A DNA stretch of 21,372 nucleotides from a virus, in the IMG/VR virus record IMGVR_UViG_3300044712_000982, positions 1 to 21,372 of that record, one strand, 5' to 3'. Positions 13,647 to 21,372 of the stretch are shown here, piece after piece. How positions within the stretch are numbered: position 1 is the stretch's first letter; every line of letters begins with the position of its first letter. A program made the position numbers and the translations under genes. Under the pieces are notes generated by a model. The model was not told the origin of the DNA, ran no database searches, and was given only the letters and a program-made list of their open reading frames with translations.

Positions 13647-14050
13647 AACTCCGCCAGCGTGCCCGCCAGGTGCTCGCAGATGCCCCGGCGTCGCCGATCC
13701 GAACCGTCCCCGAACTGCTTGGCGCTGTTGCCACCACCGACCGCGACGAGCACGTTTCAGCGGCGCGGGTCGAGATCGAGACCAGGTCGCTGCGCGCCGA
13801 GATGGAGCGGCTCGCCGACCGGCTCTCAACGGTGATCGCTGAGGCGTCGCGGCTGCGTGAGGCGTGGGAGTCGCTGCTCACCGATCACGGACCGCGCCGC
13901 ACCGGTACCCGATCGGGCCGGCAGGTGTGCCAAACCTGCCGCATCGGTTTCGACGCCGACTCGCAGCGGATGGTGTCGGCCATCTATCCGTGCCCGACGG
14001 CGCGTGCCGCTCTCCGGGCGCTCGGCATGAACGAAATGGGGTTGTCGTGA
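13643..14050 (+). CDS. Coiled-coil plus Zn-binding hypothetical protein (H...CxxC...YPCPT)
   Basis: GTGA coupling; the YPCPT tail is common in actinophage proteins. Confidence 0.65.
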   Translation: MKLRQRARQVLADAPASPIRTVPELLGAVATTDRDEHVSAARVEIETRSLRAEMERLADRLSTVIAEASRLREAWESLLTDHGPRRTGTRSGRQVCQTCRIGFDADSQRMVSAIYPCPTARAALRALGMNEMGLS

Positions 14051-14463
14051 GCGTCGCAAGTATCGCGATTCCGCCGGTCGAGCGGGTCACGCCCGTCAGG
14101 TTCGTCGACCACGCGCCCGTCTACGCCGAGGTCGCCGAGTGGGCCACCTCGCCGAGCGGGCTCGGCATGGACCCCGACCAGCTACCGGCCGTCGAGGCGC
14201 CACCGGAGTGGGTCACCACTAGCGACTCCCCGACGGTGCGGGCGTCCGCTCCGGTGCCGCGCGAAGAGCGCACACAGGTCGTCGTCGTTGCCGACCCCAT
14301 CCGCCCCGGCCAGTGGGTCGCACATCGGGCCGGGCGGTTCTCGGACGACCCGGCGGCGTGCGGCGCCGGGCACGGGTATCTCGCCGACGCCAACGAGTAC
14401 GAAGACCGCTGGTGCCAGGACCCGGCATGCACCGGCTTCACGTGGTTCGGGGGTGCGTCGTGA
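14047..14463 (+). CDS. Hypothetical protein (C-terminal H/C metal motif)
   Basis: GTGA coupling. Confidence 0.6.
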   Translation: MSVASIAIPPVERVTPVRFVDHAPVYAEVAEWATSPSGLGMDPDQLPAVEAPPEWVTTSDSPTVRASAPVPREERTQVVVVADPIRPGQWVAHRAGRFSDDPAACGAGHGYLADANEYEDRWCQDPACTGFTWFGGAS

Positions 14464-14693
14464 GATACGTGACCATCGACTTCCGGCTTCTCGTGTCAGT
14501 CGCGTTCGCAGTGCTCGCTGCTGGCCTGCTGTCGCTCACTTCCGGCCGTATCTCGTTCGCCACGCCATTTGAGGCGCTGCTGGTGCCGGCTCTGATCGGC
14601 GCAGCCTGCGGAATCGGGGCGTTTGCGGCGTGGCCTGCGTTCATCGGCTGGTACTGCGGCGTCGACCCGCTCGACGCGGAGGTGACGTCGTGA
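14460..14693 (+). CDS. Two-TM membrane protein
   Basis: Two hydrophobic segments; GTGA coupling. Confidence 0.65.
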   Translation: MRYVTIDFRLLVSVAFAVLAAGLLSLTSGRISFATPFEALLVPALIGAACGIGAFAAWPAFIGWYCGVDPLDAEVTS

Positions 14694-14911
14694 TCGACGT
14701 GACCGCCATGGTCGACGCGTTGCTCGGCGAGCACTGCGCCGACTGCACCTCTGAGTGCTGCACCCGTTGCGTCGCCGACTATCGGCTCGCCGGGCTCCTC
14801 GGCGAGGTCGGGGCGGCATACGGCGCGGGGGCGACGATCAGCCTGATCGGCGACCGGCACCCGGCCGTGATGGCCACACTCACGCCGTCACAGCGGAGGG
14901 CCGCCGCATGA
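14690..14911 (+). CDS. Small Cys-rich protein
   Basis: HCADCTSECCTRC; GGAGG RBS. Confidence 0.6.
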   Translation: MIDVTAMVDALLGEHCADCTSECCTRCVADYRLAGLLGEVGAAYGAGATISLIGDRHPAVMATLTPSQRRAAA

Positions 14912-15792
14912 CCGCCGTCCTCGAACCGCAGATAGTCGGACCGCCGACAGCCATCACCGATCCGGAGACTGACCGGCGCTACTACCTGCATCCCGTCACC
15001 GGCGAACGCTTCGTCTCGGTAACGACAGTGCTCAGCATTATCGAGAAGCTCGCGCTCCCGTACTGGTACGGGAAGATGGCCGCCGACGCAGTGCTTGACA
15101 ACATGTTGGCGCTGGTCCGATCGATCCACGTACAGGCGTGTGCGCCCGACGACATTCGCTGCGGTCGGTGCCTTTCATGTCTGATCTCAACGATCCGCAA
15201 CGCCGGCAACAACGAGCGCGATGCAGCCGCCGACCGCGGAACACGTTTCCACCACGTCGCCGAGCACTACGCGCTAACCGGCGAGATCATCCCACATGAC
15301 GACGACATCGCGGGGAACGTCTTTCATTTCCTCAGGTTTGTCAACATGCACAAGGTTACGTTCCAGGCGGCAGAGGTCACTGTTATCGACCGCGACGACA
15401 TGACCGGGGGAACCCTCGACACCGTCATCACCTGCGGATGGATGCCGCCGAAGCACCGTGACCTGATTGGCGTCCCGCTCTACGCCGACTACAAGACCGG
15501 ATCCCACATCTACGAGCAGGCCGCATTGCAGTTAGCGAAGTACCGCCGATCGCAGGCAGCCCTCCTGCCCGATGGGACCGAAGCGCGAATGCCAGACGGG
15601 CATTCCGAGGTAGGTCTATCTATACAGATAAGGCCAGACAACTTTTGGGTGCGGCCGGTCGCCGTCTGCGAGCAGGCGCACGCCAAGTTCCGCCACGCGC
15701 TCGCATTGTGGCGCGACATCAACGAGCCAGATTTGGATCTCGTTGGACGCGCCATGTACAAGCCCCGCCCCAAGCCCGCCACCACGGCGTGA
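14908..15792 (+). CDS. PD-(D/E)XK exonuclease (phage RecE/Cas4-like)
   Basis: SVTTVL, RGTRFH, AEVTV, GGTLD, DYKTG and LQLAKY motifs; GGAGG RBS. Confidence 0.85.
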   Translation: MTAVLEPQIVGPPTAITDPETDRRYYLHPVTGERFVSVTTVLSIIEKLALPYWYGKMAADAVLDNMLALVRSIHVQACAPDDIRCGRCLSCLISTIRNAGNNERDAAADRGTRFHHVAEHYALTGEIIPHDDDIAGNVFHFLRFVNMHKVTFQAAEVTVIDRDDMTGGTLDTVITCGWMPPKHRDLIGVPLYADYKTGSHIYEQAALQLAKYRRSQAALLPDGTEARMPDGHSEVGLSIQIRPDNFWVRPVAVCEQAHAKFRHALALWRDINEPDLDLVGRAMYKPRPKPATTA

Positions 15793-15800
15793 GGAGAACT

Positions 15801-16964
15801 ATGCCACTCATCGACACCCAACGCCGGCTCGGCCGCACCGGAGCAATCCGGCTCGGAAACCGGATACCAACCGGCGGAACCGGCCGCAACGGGAAACCCA
15901 AGACCCGCCCGAACAAGCTCGACACGTTCCGCGTCACCTCGCCGCACCGCGTCGTCGCCGACGCCGTTTCTCAGCTGTTCGGCGGAACCGTCGCCCAGTG
16001 GTCCGGTCCGTCCGGCCCCGAATTCGAGGTCATCACCACTGTCCGCGAGCTGCCCATCCTGGTGCCGCGGCAGAACATCGACCCCAACTACGAGATGTGG
16101 GGCAACCGATTTAAGTCCCGGCTGTGTGACGGCGCGACCGAGCGACTCCGGGGAACGCCGTGCCTGTGTCGCCGGTTTGACAACCATGAGCATTCGTGGT
16201 GGAAAGGTGTCTGCGGAGTCTGCGGGGTATCCGAGTCGTGGCGCGGCGAGCCGCACGAGCACGACTACGAGAGCGGATTCTGCGTGACCTGCGGATGCCG
16301 CCGGCCGTGCAAGCCGACCACCCGCGTCAACGTCATGATCCGTGGCGTGCCGGCGTCCGGCGTATTCAAAGTTGAGTCACATGGCATCAACGCTGCGGCC
16401 GAGTTGCCCGGATTCGCCGACATGATCAGCCAAGCCCCGGTGCCGCTCCCTGCGCGTCTGACCATGCGCTACGTCGACTCGCTACGGCTCGTCGTCAAGC
16501 CCGGCGGAGCCGAAACGACCGAGTCCCGCAAGTACTGGGTGCCCGAACTCAATTTCGACTGGCTTACGCCAGACATGGCCTACGCCGGCAGCGGACAACT
16601 GGAGCAGGCCGCTCGGGCGCAACTGGAGATCTCCGGGCCGCAAACCCTTCAGGCGATCGGTGCGGCGCCAGAGCGTCCGGCGGACGATACGCGCCAGGAC
16701 GACGATCAGAAACTGACGCCATCCAAGGTCGCCGAGATCGCCGTGAAGTGCACCAACGTCGCCCAGGTGCAGCAGCTTTGGCGCGAGGCTGCCGCAGACG
16801 GCGTACTGAACCTCGAAGTGTCGGACATGCTGACCGCGCGGGCCGCCGAACTCACCCCGAATCAACCGGCCCGGGGGAAGCAAGACGACGACGAGCCCGT
16901 TGATGCGGTCATCGTCGATGAAGATGAATGGCCGGACGTCGCGCCGATCGGCGGTGCGGCATGA
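15801..16964 (+). CDS. phiC31 gp3-like recombination directionality factor family protein with extra Zn modules and an acidic tail
   Basis: LIDTQRR..GAIRLG, RPNKLDTFRVTS, YEMW...RLCDG, CKPTTRVNVMI...GVFKVESHGINAAAEL; GAGGAG RBS. Confidence 0.75.
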   Translation: MPLIDTQRRLGRTGAIRLGNRIPTGGTGRNGKPKTRPNKLDTFRVTSPHRVVADAVSQLFGGTVAQWSGPSGPEFEVITTVRELPILVPRQNIDPNYEMWGNRFKSRLCDGATERLRGTPCLCRRFDNHEHSWWKGVCGVCGVSESWRGEPHEHDYESGFCVTCGCRRPCKPTTRVNVMIRGVPASGVFKVESHGINAAAELPGFADMISQAPVPLPARLTMRYVDSLRLVVKPGGAETTESRKYWVPELNFDWLTPDMAYAGSGQLEQAARAQLEISGPQTLQAIGAAPERPADDTRQDDDQKLTPSKVAEIAVKCTNVAQVQQLWREAAADGVLNLEVSDMLTARAAELTPNQPARGKQDDDEPVDAVIVDEDEWPDVAPIGGAA

Positions 16965-17302
16965 CCACCGACGACATCCGTACCCACGTCGACCCGCCGG
17001 GCGCCCGGACCACCTACGACGGGACGCTCCCTGTCGCGATCCGGCCGCGCAGCACCGACGCGGTCGCCGAACTCCACCGGCTGATCGACGGACGGGATTT
17101 CGCGACGGCGGTCAACCTGGTCGCCGACGCCCGGCGGACCGCTACCGAGGCCACCCGGACCGCCGATGCGCTCGCCGCGGTGTGGAACGAGCGTGGCCCA
17201 GCTGGCGACGCCCGCGGATGGCCCGTCGCGGTCGACATGCCCAACCCGGTCAACGTGCGGTCGGAGCGGCAGGTCGATGACGTCTGGGGGTCGGTGGCGT
17301 GA
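16961..17302 (+). CDS. Hypothetical protein
   Basis: Coupled at both ends. Confidence 0.6.
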   Translation: MTTDDIRTHVDPPGARTTYDGTLPVAIRPRSTDAVAELHRLIDGRDFATAVNLVADARRTATEATRTADALAAVWNERGPAGDARGWPVAVDMPNPVNVRSERQVDDVWGSVA

Positions 17303-17760
17303 GCACGTCGAGGCTGGCCGGTGCCACGGCGCCGGCCAGCACCACCCACACCCTCCACATACCGGTGCCGTCACGGTGGCTATCGGCCAACGACCGTATC
17401 GACCGGCGCCGAGGAACCCCGGACCGCCAGGCGTGGCGCGAAGCGGGCCGGACGTATGCGGTACAGGCCAGGCTGCCGCGCATGCTGCCGGCCGTACACA
17501 TCATCGCCCGGTGTCACGCCACAGACGCGCGACGCCGAGACGTCGGGAACCTCTACCCATCGGCGAAAGCGCTCGTCGATGGGCTCGTGGACTACGGGCT
17601 CATCCCCGACGACGACGACCGCCACCTGATCGGGCCGGACATGCGACGGGGTGCGCAGGTGTCGAAACGGCAGTACCCGGGGGGCGGGCTCATAGTCGTC
17701 ACGATCGTCGAACTTGCCGACGTGATCGAAATCGGGCAGCACGAGGTGATTGCGGCGTGA
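17299..17760 (+). CDS. RusA-like Holliday junction resolvase
   Basis: WLSAND...RRRDVGNLYPSAKALVDGLVDYGLIPDDD (D-x-x-N...K...D catalytic pattern). Confidence 0.8.
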   Translation: MSTSRLAGATAPASTTHTLHIPVPSRWLSANDRIDRRRGTPDRQAWREAGRTYAVQARLPRMLPAVHIIARCHATDARRRDVGNLYPSAKALVDGLVDYGLIPDDDDRHLIGPDMRRGAQVSKRQYPGGGLIVVTIVELADVIEIGQHEVIAA

Positions 17761-17939
17761 GCCCAGACGAACAACTCATGGTCGCGAGGCGGCGCCTGTC
17801 CGCAGCCGAGGCCCGTATCCAGTGCGCCATCGGGCGCTGCGAGGAACGCGTCCGGGCGCTGAGCGCTGAGCGCAACGGCGACGGGGTCGACGCGGTGTTG
17901 GAAGTCCTCGCCGAACTCACAAGAAAGGCAACACCGTGA
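17757..17939 (+). CDS. Small helical hypothetical protein
   Basis: GAGGTG RBS; GTGA coupling. Confidence 0.55.
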   Translation: MSPDEQLMVARRRLSAAEARIQCAIGRCEERVRALSAERNGDGVDAVLEVLAELTRKATP

Positions 17940-18130
17940 TTAATCCGGAGGCGCTGCTCACGCCGGCCGAGGTCGCGGCACTGTTTCGGGTCGATCCGAA
18001 GACTGTCCGGAAATGGGCGATCAACAAGAAGATCGGCGCGATACGTACACCCGGTGGCCATCGGAGATACAAGGCCGCCGAGGTGTACGCGATCCTCGGC
18101 CTCGAATCCGATCCGCAGGCTACGCCGTGA
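17936..18130 (+). CDS. bldC: BldC-family MerR-like transcriptional regulator
   Basis: LLTPAEVAALFRVDPKTVRKWA...IRTPGGHRRY closely follows Streptomyces BldC (LLTPAEVATMFRVDPKTVTRWA...IRTLGGHRRY). Confidence 0.85.
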   Translation: MINPEALLTPAEVAALFRVDPKTVRKWAINKKIGAIRTPGGHRRYKAAEVYAILGLESDPQATP

Positions 18131-18303
18131 TCGCCCGGCTGCGGGCATGGCTACGCACCCGGCCGTGCATGTGCGGACAGGGCTGCGGGCTGCGCTGCAA
18201 CCCGCACGACGACCGCGACGGGGCGCTACACCACAAGTGCCCGACGTGGAACAAGAGCGTCATCAAGCCGCAGCACTCGCCGCAGCACGCAAAGACGAAT
18301 TGA
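18127..18303 (+). CDS. Small Cys/His-rich protein
   Basis: CMCGQGCGLRC...HHKC; GTGA coupling. Confidence 0.5.
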   Translation: MIARLRAWLRTRPCMCGQGCGLRCNPHDDRDGALHHKCPTWNKSVIKPQHSPQHAKTN

Positions 18304-18382
18304 GGTTGGTGGCGCGGCTGCACCCTGCCGACGGCACACCGTCTACGGACCGCGCCACCACCCAACACGAGGAGAATATCGA

Positions 18383-19267
18383 ATGTCCGACGGAACACGA
18401 ATCGCCTGGACCGAAGCGACATGGAACATTGTCACTGGCTGCACGCGCTGCTCAAGCGGCTGCCTCAACTGCTACATCGCCAGCACCCCGCCATTCCGCA
18501 TGGTCGGCCGCCGCTTCGACCACGACGGAATCGGCGGAACTACCGGCGTCATACTCCACTCCGACAGGCTCGGCATCCCGCAGCGCTGGCGTAAGCCGCG
18601 CCGGATCTTCGTCTGCTCACTCGCGGACCTGTTCCACGACGACGTACCACCCAGCTTCATCGCTGACGCATTCGCGGTCATGTCGATCTGCCCGCAGCAC
18701 ACATTTCAGGTACTCACGAAACGCCACGGCCGACTGAAGACGCTGCTCACGTCGAATGCGTTCTGGCTCCTCGTCAACCGGGCACGCGAGATACGCGGCC
18801 ACGGCGACCTGCCCGGCATCGGCCCTCGCGTGCTCCCCAACGTGTGGATCGGCGTGAGTTGCGAGGACCAGGCGGCAGCGAACCTGCGGATCCCGGCGCT
18901 GCTCGACACCCCAGCGATGGTCCGGTGGGTATCTGCCGAGCCGCTGCTAGGACCAATCGACATGGACCGCGCCGACCGGGACGTGCTCCACGACGGCGGG
19001 ATTGACTGGGTTGTCATCGGCGGTGAGAGCGGAGCGAAGGCGCGTCCGTGCCGGGTCGAGTGGATCCGGTCCCTCGTCGGGCAGTGCGCCGACAGCGTTC
19101 ACACCAAGCCGTTCGTGAAGCAACTCGGGTCGGTCCTGGCGCAGTCCACGCTGATTGATGGGAAGTCCATCTACCGCAGCGATCCGAAGGGCGGGAAGTC
19201 CGAGCACATGCCGGCCGATCTTCGGGTTCGCGAGTACCCGCACGTCGAGGCGGTGGCGTCGTGCTGA
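18383..19267 (+). CDS. DUF5131 (Gp37/Gp68) family protein, radical-SAM-like
   Basis: IAWTEATWNIVTGCTRCSSGCLNCY, IFVCSLADLFH, FQVLTKR, NVWIGVSCE, SAEPLLG, DWVVIGGESG, FVKQLG. Confidence 0.92.
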   Translation: MSDGTRIAWTEATWNIVTGCTRCSSGCLNCYIASTPPFRMVGRRFDHDGIGGTTGVILHSDRLGIPQRWRKPRRIFVCSLADLFHDDVPPSFIADAFAVMSICPQHTFQVLTKRHGRLKTLLTSNAFWLLVNRAREIRGHGDLPGIGPRVLPNVWIGVSCEDQAAANLRIPALLDTPAMVRWVSAEPLLGPIDMDRADRDVLHDGGIDWVVIGGESGAKARPCRVEWIRSLVGQCADSVHTKPFVKQLGSVLAQSTLIDGKSIYRSDPKGGKSEHMPADLRVREYPHVEAVASC

Positions 19268-19476
19268 CCGCCCCGCCCGGATATCGGCAGATCGGCACGC
19301 TCATGGGCCGTGACGGCGCCATGGTCATCGCCTACCAGGCCAACAACGGCTACGGCTACCGGTGCGACCCGGCCACCGGTTGCGGTGCTGCGGCGACCGG
19401 TTGGGCCACCCAGGACGCGATCGAACGCCGCGCCGTCGCCCACCTCAACATCCACGGAGGGCAGGCGTCGTGCTGA
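19261..19476 (+). CDS. Small zinc-finger-like protein
   Basis: YRCDPATGCG...AVAHLNIH; coupled. Confidence 0.6.
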   Translation: MLTAPPGYRQIGTLMGRDGAMVIAYQANNGYGYRCDPATGCGAAATGWATQDAIERRAVAHLNIHGGQASC

Positions 19477-19760
19477 CCGCCACGCAACTCGCCGCGCAAC
19501 TGGTCGCCGACATGCCGGAACTTGAAGGCCAGGACGTCACGATCGGCGACGCGATCGTACTCATCACGACCGAGACCGCCATCGCCGAATGGATCGCCTG
19601 GCACCTGCACGGCGACACCGACGGCGACACCATCTCCTGCTGCTGCGGCTGGACACCGAACCAGGCGATGTCGGCCGACGAGCAGATCACGGCGCTCGAC
19701 GGGCACACCGCCGAAGCTCGTGCCGCGTTGCTCGCCGGGATCGGCGGTGATGCGCGATGA
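19470..19760 (+). CDS. Hypothetical protein
   Basis: GGAGG RBS; H...CCCGW...H. Confidence 0.6.
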   Translation: MLTATQLAAQLVADMPELEGQDVTIGDAIVLITTETAIAEWIAWHLHGDTDGDTISCCCGWTPNQAMSADEQITALDGHTAEARAALLAGIGGDAR

Positions 19761-20179
19761 CCCCCGGCACCTTCGCGGCCATCTTCGCGGCCCTCTACGC
19801 CGGCCACGTCGTCGGTGATCTCGTCGTGCAAACACACTGGCAGTCACAGCACAAGGCCGAACGGTCGTGGCGCGGCGTCGTCGCGATGGCCGGGCACCTC
19901 GCCGGATACGCGACAACCCAGATCGTGGCGCTCATTGCCGTCACGACGGTCGGCGCCAGATTCGGGCTGGCAGCGTCGATCGCGGGACTCGCGTTCTCGG
20001 TCAGCAGCCACGGGTTCATCGACAGGCGTTGGCCGGTCGTATGGATCCTCGACCGGACCGGCAGCGCCCAGTTCGCGCGCCTCGCATCGGGTGGCGTCAA
20101 CGGTGCATTCCAGGCCGATCAGGCGCTCCACGTCGGCTGCTGCTTCATCGCCGCGCTGATAATGGGGTGGCTGTCATGA
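19757..20179 (+). CDS. DUF3307 membrane protein
   Basis: GHVVGDLVVQT, GH, SHGFIDRR and DQALH motifs with TM helices. Confidence 0.85.
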   Translation: MTPGTFAAIFAALYAGHVVGDLVVQTHWQSQHKAERSWRGVVAMAGHLAGYATTQIVALIAVTTVGARFGLAASIAGLAFSVSSHGFIDRRWPVVWILDRTGSAQFARLASGGVNGAFQADQALHVGCCFIAALIMGWLS

Positions 20180-20739
20180 CTGACCCGATCGCCGGGCTCG
20201 GACAGATCCCCGGTGGTGTGGCGTGCGCCACCGGGCACCGCCCGCAGCACCTGCCGCCAGGGTCCACCAACTGGATCCGCACCGCGATGCTCCGGCTCAC
20301 CCGCGAGTTGCGCGAGCACCACGGCGTCACCACGGCGCGGACCGGCATGGCGTTGGGCGCCGACATGATGTGGGCGTGGGCCGCGCACATCACCGGGCTG
20401 ACGATCCACGCCGACATCCCATTCGTGCAGCAGCCGGACGTTTGGCCACGCAGGCACGACCGCGAGTACTGGACGAAGACCCGCGCGAGGGCGTCGTCGG
20501 AAACCATCTACGGCGACCTCGCGGGGCTGGAGGGGGACGACCGGAAGCGCCTAGCGATACGACTCCTGCATGCCCGCAACGACGGCATGCTCGCCGGCTC
20601 GAACATCGTCGTCGCACTGTGGGACCCGGACGTTGTGACTGGCGGCACCGCGTCTGCGGTGCGTAAGGCGCGCCAGCTTGGTCTGCCGATTGTGCACGTC
20701 AATCCGGCCGCGATGACCGTCACTCTGGACGGCGTGTGA
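20176..20739 (+). CDS. YspA/YpsA-like SLOG-superfamily protein
   Basis: TGHRP, TGMALGAD, IPF..Q...W, ARNDGML, ALWD...GGTASAV..A. Confidence 0.88.
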   Translation: MTDPIAGLGQIPGGVACATGHRPQHLPPGSTNWIRTAMLRLTRELREHHGVTTARTGMALGADMMWAWAAHITGLTIHADIPFVQQPDVWPRRHDREYWTKTRARASSETIYGDLAGLEGDDRKRLAIRLLHARNDGMLAGSNIVVALWDPDVVTGGTASAVRKARQLGLPIVHVNPAAMTVTLDGV

Positions 20740-20948
20740 TGGCCCGCCGCCTCGCTGCGGTACCGGCGGACACCGGCGCGACGCCAGGCATGTGGATTGG
20801 CGCGTCGTACGCGCTCGGGCGGTTAGTGTCGGCAGACGAGCCATATCAGCACATATGCGGCAGGTTCTTCACCGGTCGAGTGACTGGCCAGGAATTCAAA
20901 TTGTTTTCTCGCGACTGTTTCGCGTGTGGCATCGGGGAGATCGAGTAA
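20736..20948 (+). CDS. Hypothetical small protein
   Basis: Coupled at both ends; HICG...DCFAC. Confidence 0.55.
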   Translation: MMARRLAAVPADTGATPGMWIGASYALGRLVSADEPYQHICGRFFTGRVTGQEFKLFSRDCFACGIGEIE

Positions 20949-21372
20949 TGGTGGCCAAACACTGCTGCGCGTGCGGATGTGGTCAACACCCGGCCAACCA
21001 TCAAGCCGAGTACGTCAGGGGGCATCGTCCACACACTGTGAAGCTGTGTCGCGTGATTGAATGCGACCGCCATGTAAATCCACATGGTGCATTCGATCTA
21101 TGTAAATATCACTATGATCAATTCAGGGCATACCTGAGGAGGAAGCAAAACCCACCCATTACAGCGATCGAACGTTTTATGCGAAACGTCATTCAGGTAA
21201 ATGAATGCTGGATCTGGAAAGGTAGTTGTGATGGTAGTGGCTATGGGATGTTCAGCGATCGCAGCCGCAGCAAATGGTTGATGCGATCGCACCGCTGGTC
21301 ATACGAGTATTTCGTATCCGACATACCGGACGGACTCGAACTCGATCACCTATGCCACACCAATGACGCAAA
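20948..21372 (+). CDS. HNH endonuclease (truncated at the window edge), lower GC
   Basis: Hand translation MVAKHCCACGCGQ...ERFMRNV...ECWIWKG...GYG.F...SHRWSYEYFVSDIPDGLELDHLCH; TAATG coupling. Confidence 0.85.
   Translation, partial: MVAKHCCACGCGQHPANHQAEYVRGHRPHTVKLCRVIECDRHVNPHGAFDLCKYHYDQFRAYLRRKQNPPITAIERFMRNVIQVNECWIWKGSCDGSGYGMFSDRSRSKWLMRSHRWSYEYFVSDIPDGLELDHLCHTNDA

Noticed and set aside
14908-15792. Cas4 of a CRISPR system
   Set aside because: It is a stand-alone phage PD-(D/E)XK exonuclease in a recombination module, with no cas1/cas2 and no C-terminal Fe-S Cys cluster.
15792-15803. AGGAGAACTATG also present at 515-526 (minus strand)
   Set aside because: It is mostly SD plus start codon, so convergence is a sufficient explanation.

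Overview
High-GC actinobacterial temperate phage or prophage segment covering the early, replication and recombination region. The host is probably Micromonosporaceae-like, judged from one recognisable small protein family. There are no structural genes or integrase in the window. Left to right: (1) a leftward gene that runs into 17 perfect GGTGCTC repeats; (2) two divergent leaderless-promoter switches and many small phage genes, one carrying a 45-bp in-frame IS200/IS605-end remnant; (3) a self-contained module at about 8441-10693, with a ribbon-helix-helix regulator divergent from three tandem Y-RNA-like genes, a terminator/anti-SD hairpin, an intact Ro60/TROVE gene and a terminator; (4) an HTH replication initiator with a structured leader, internal iterons and an apparent premature stop; (5) an XRE repressor/Cro switch; (6) a PD-(D/E)XK exonuclease, a gp3-like RDF, RusA-like, BldC-like, DUF5131, DUF3307 and YspA/SLOG genes, and a truncated HNH endonuclease. 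The most notable observation is that each of the three Ro-binding RNAs carries a different canonical tRNA anticodon-loop heptamer at the same structural position: CUCCAAA (Trp-CCA), CUUGAAA (Ser-UGA) and CUUUUAA (Lys-UUU). The third RNA contains a complete circularly permuted tRNA-Lys. This suggests a Ro60-scaffolded anticodon-mimic array, possibly a decoy against anticodon nucleases. All calls were made by eye, without database searches.
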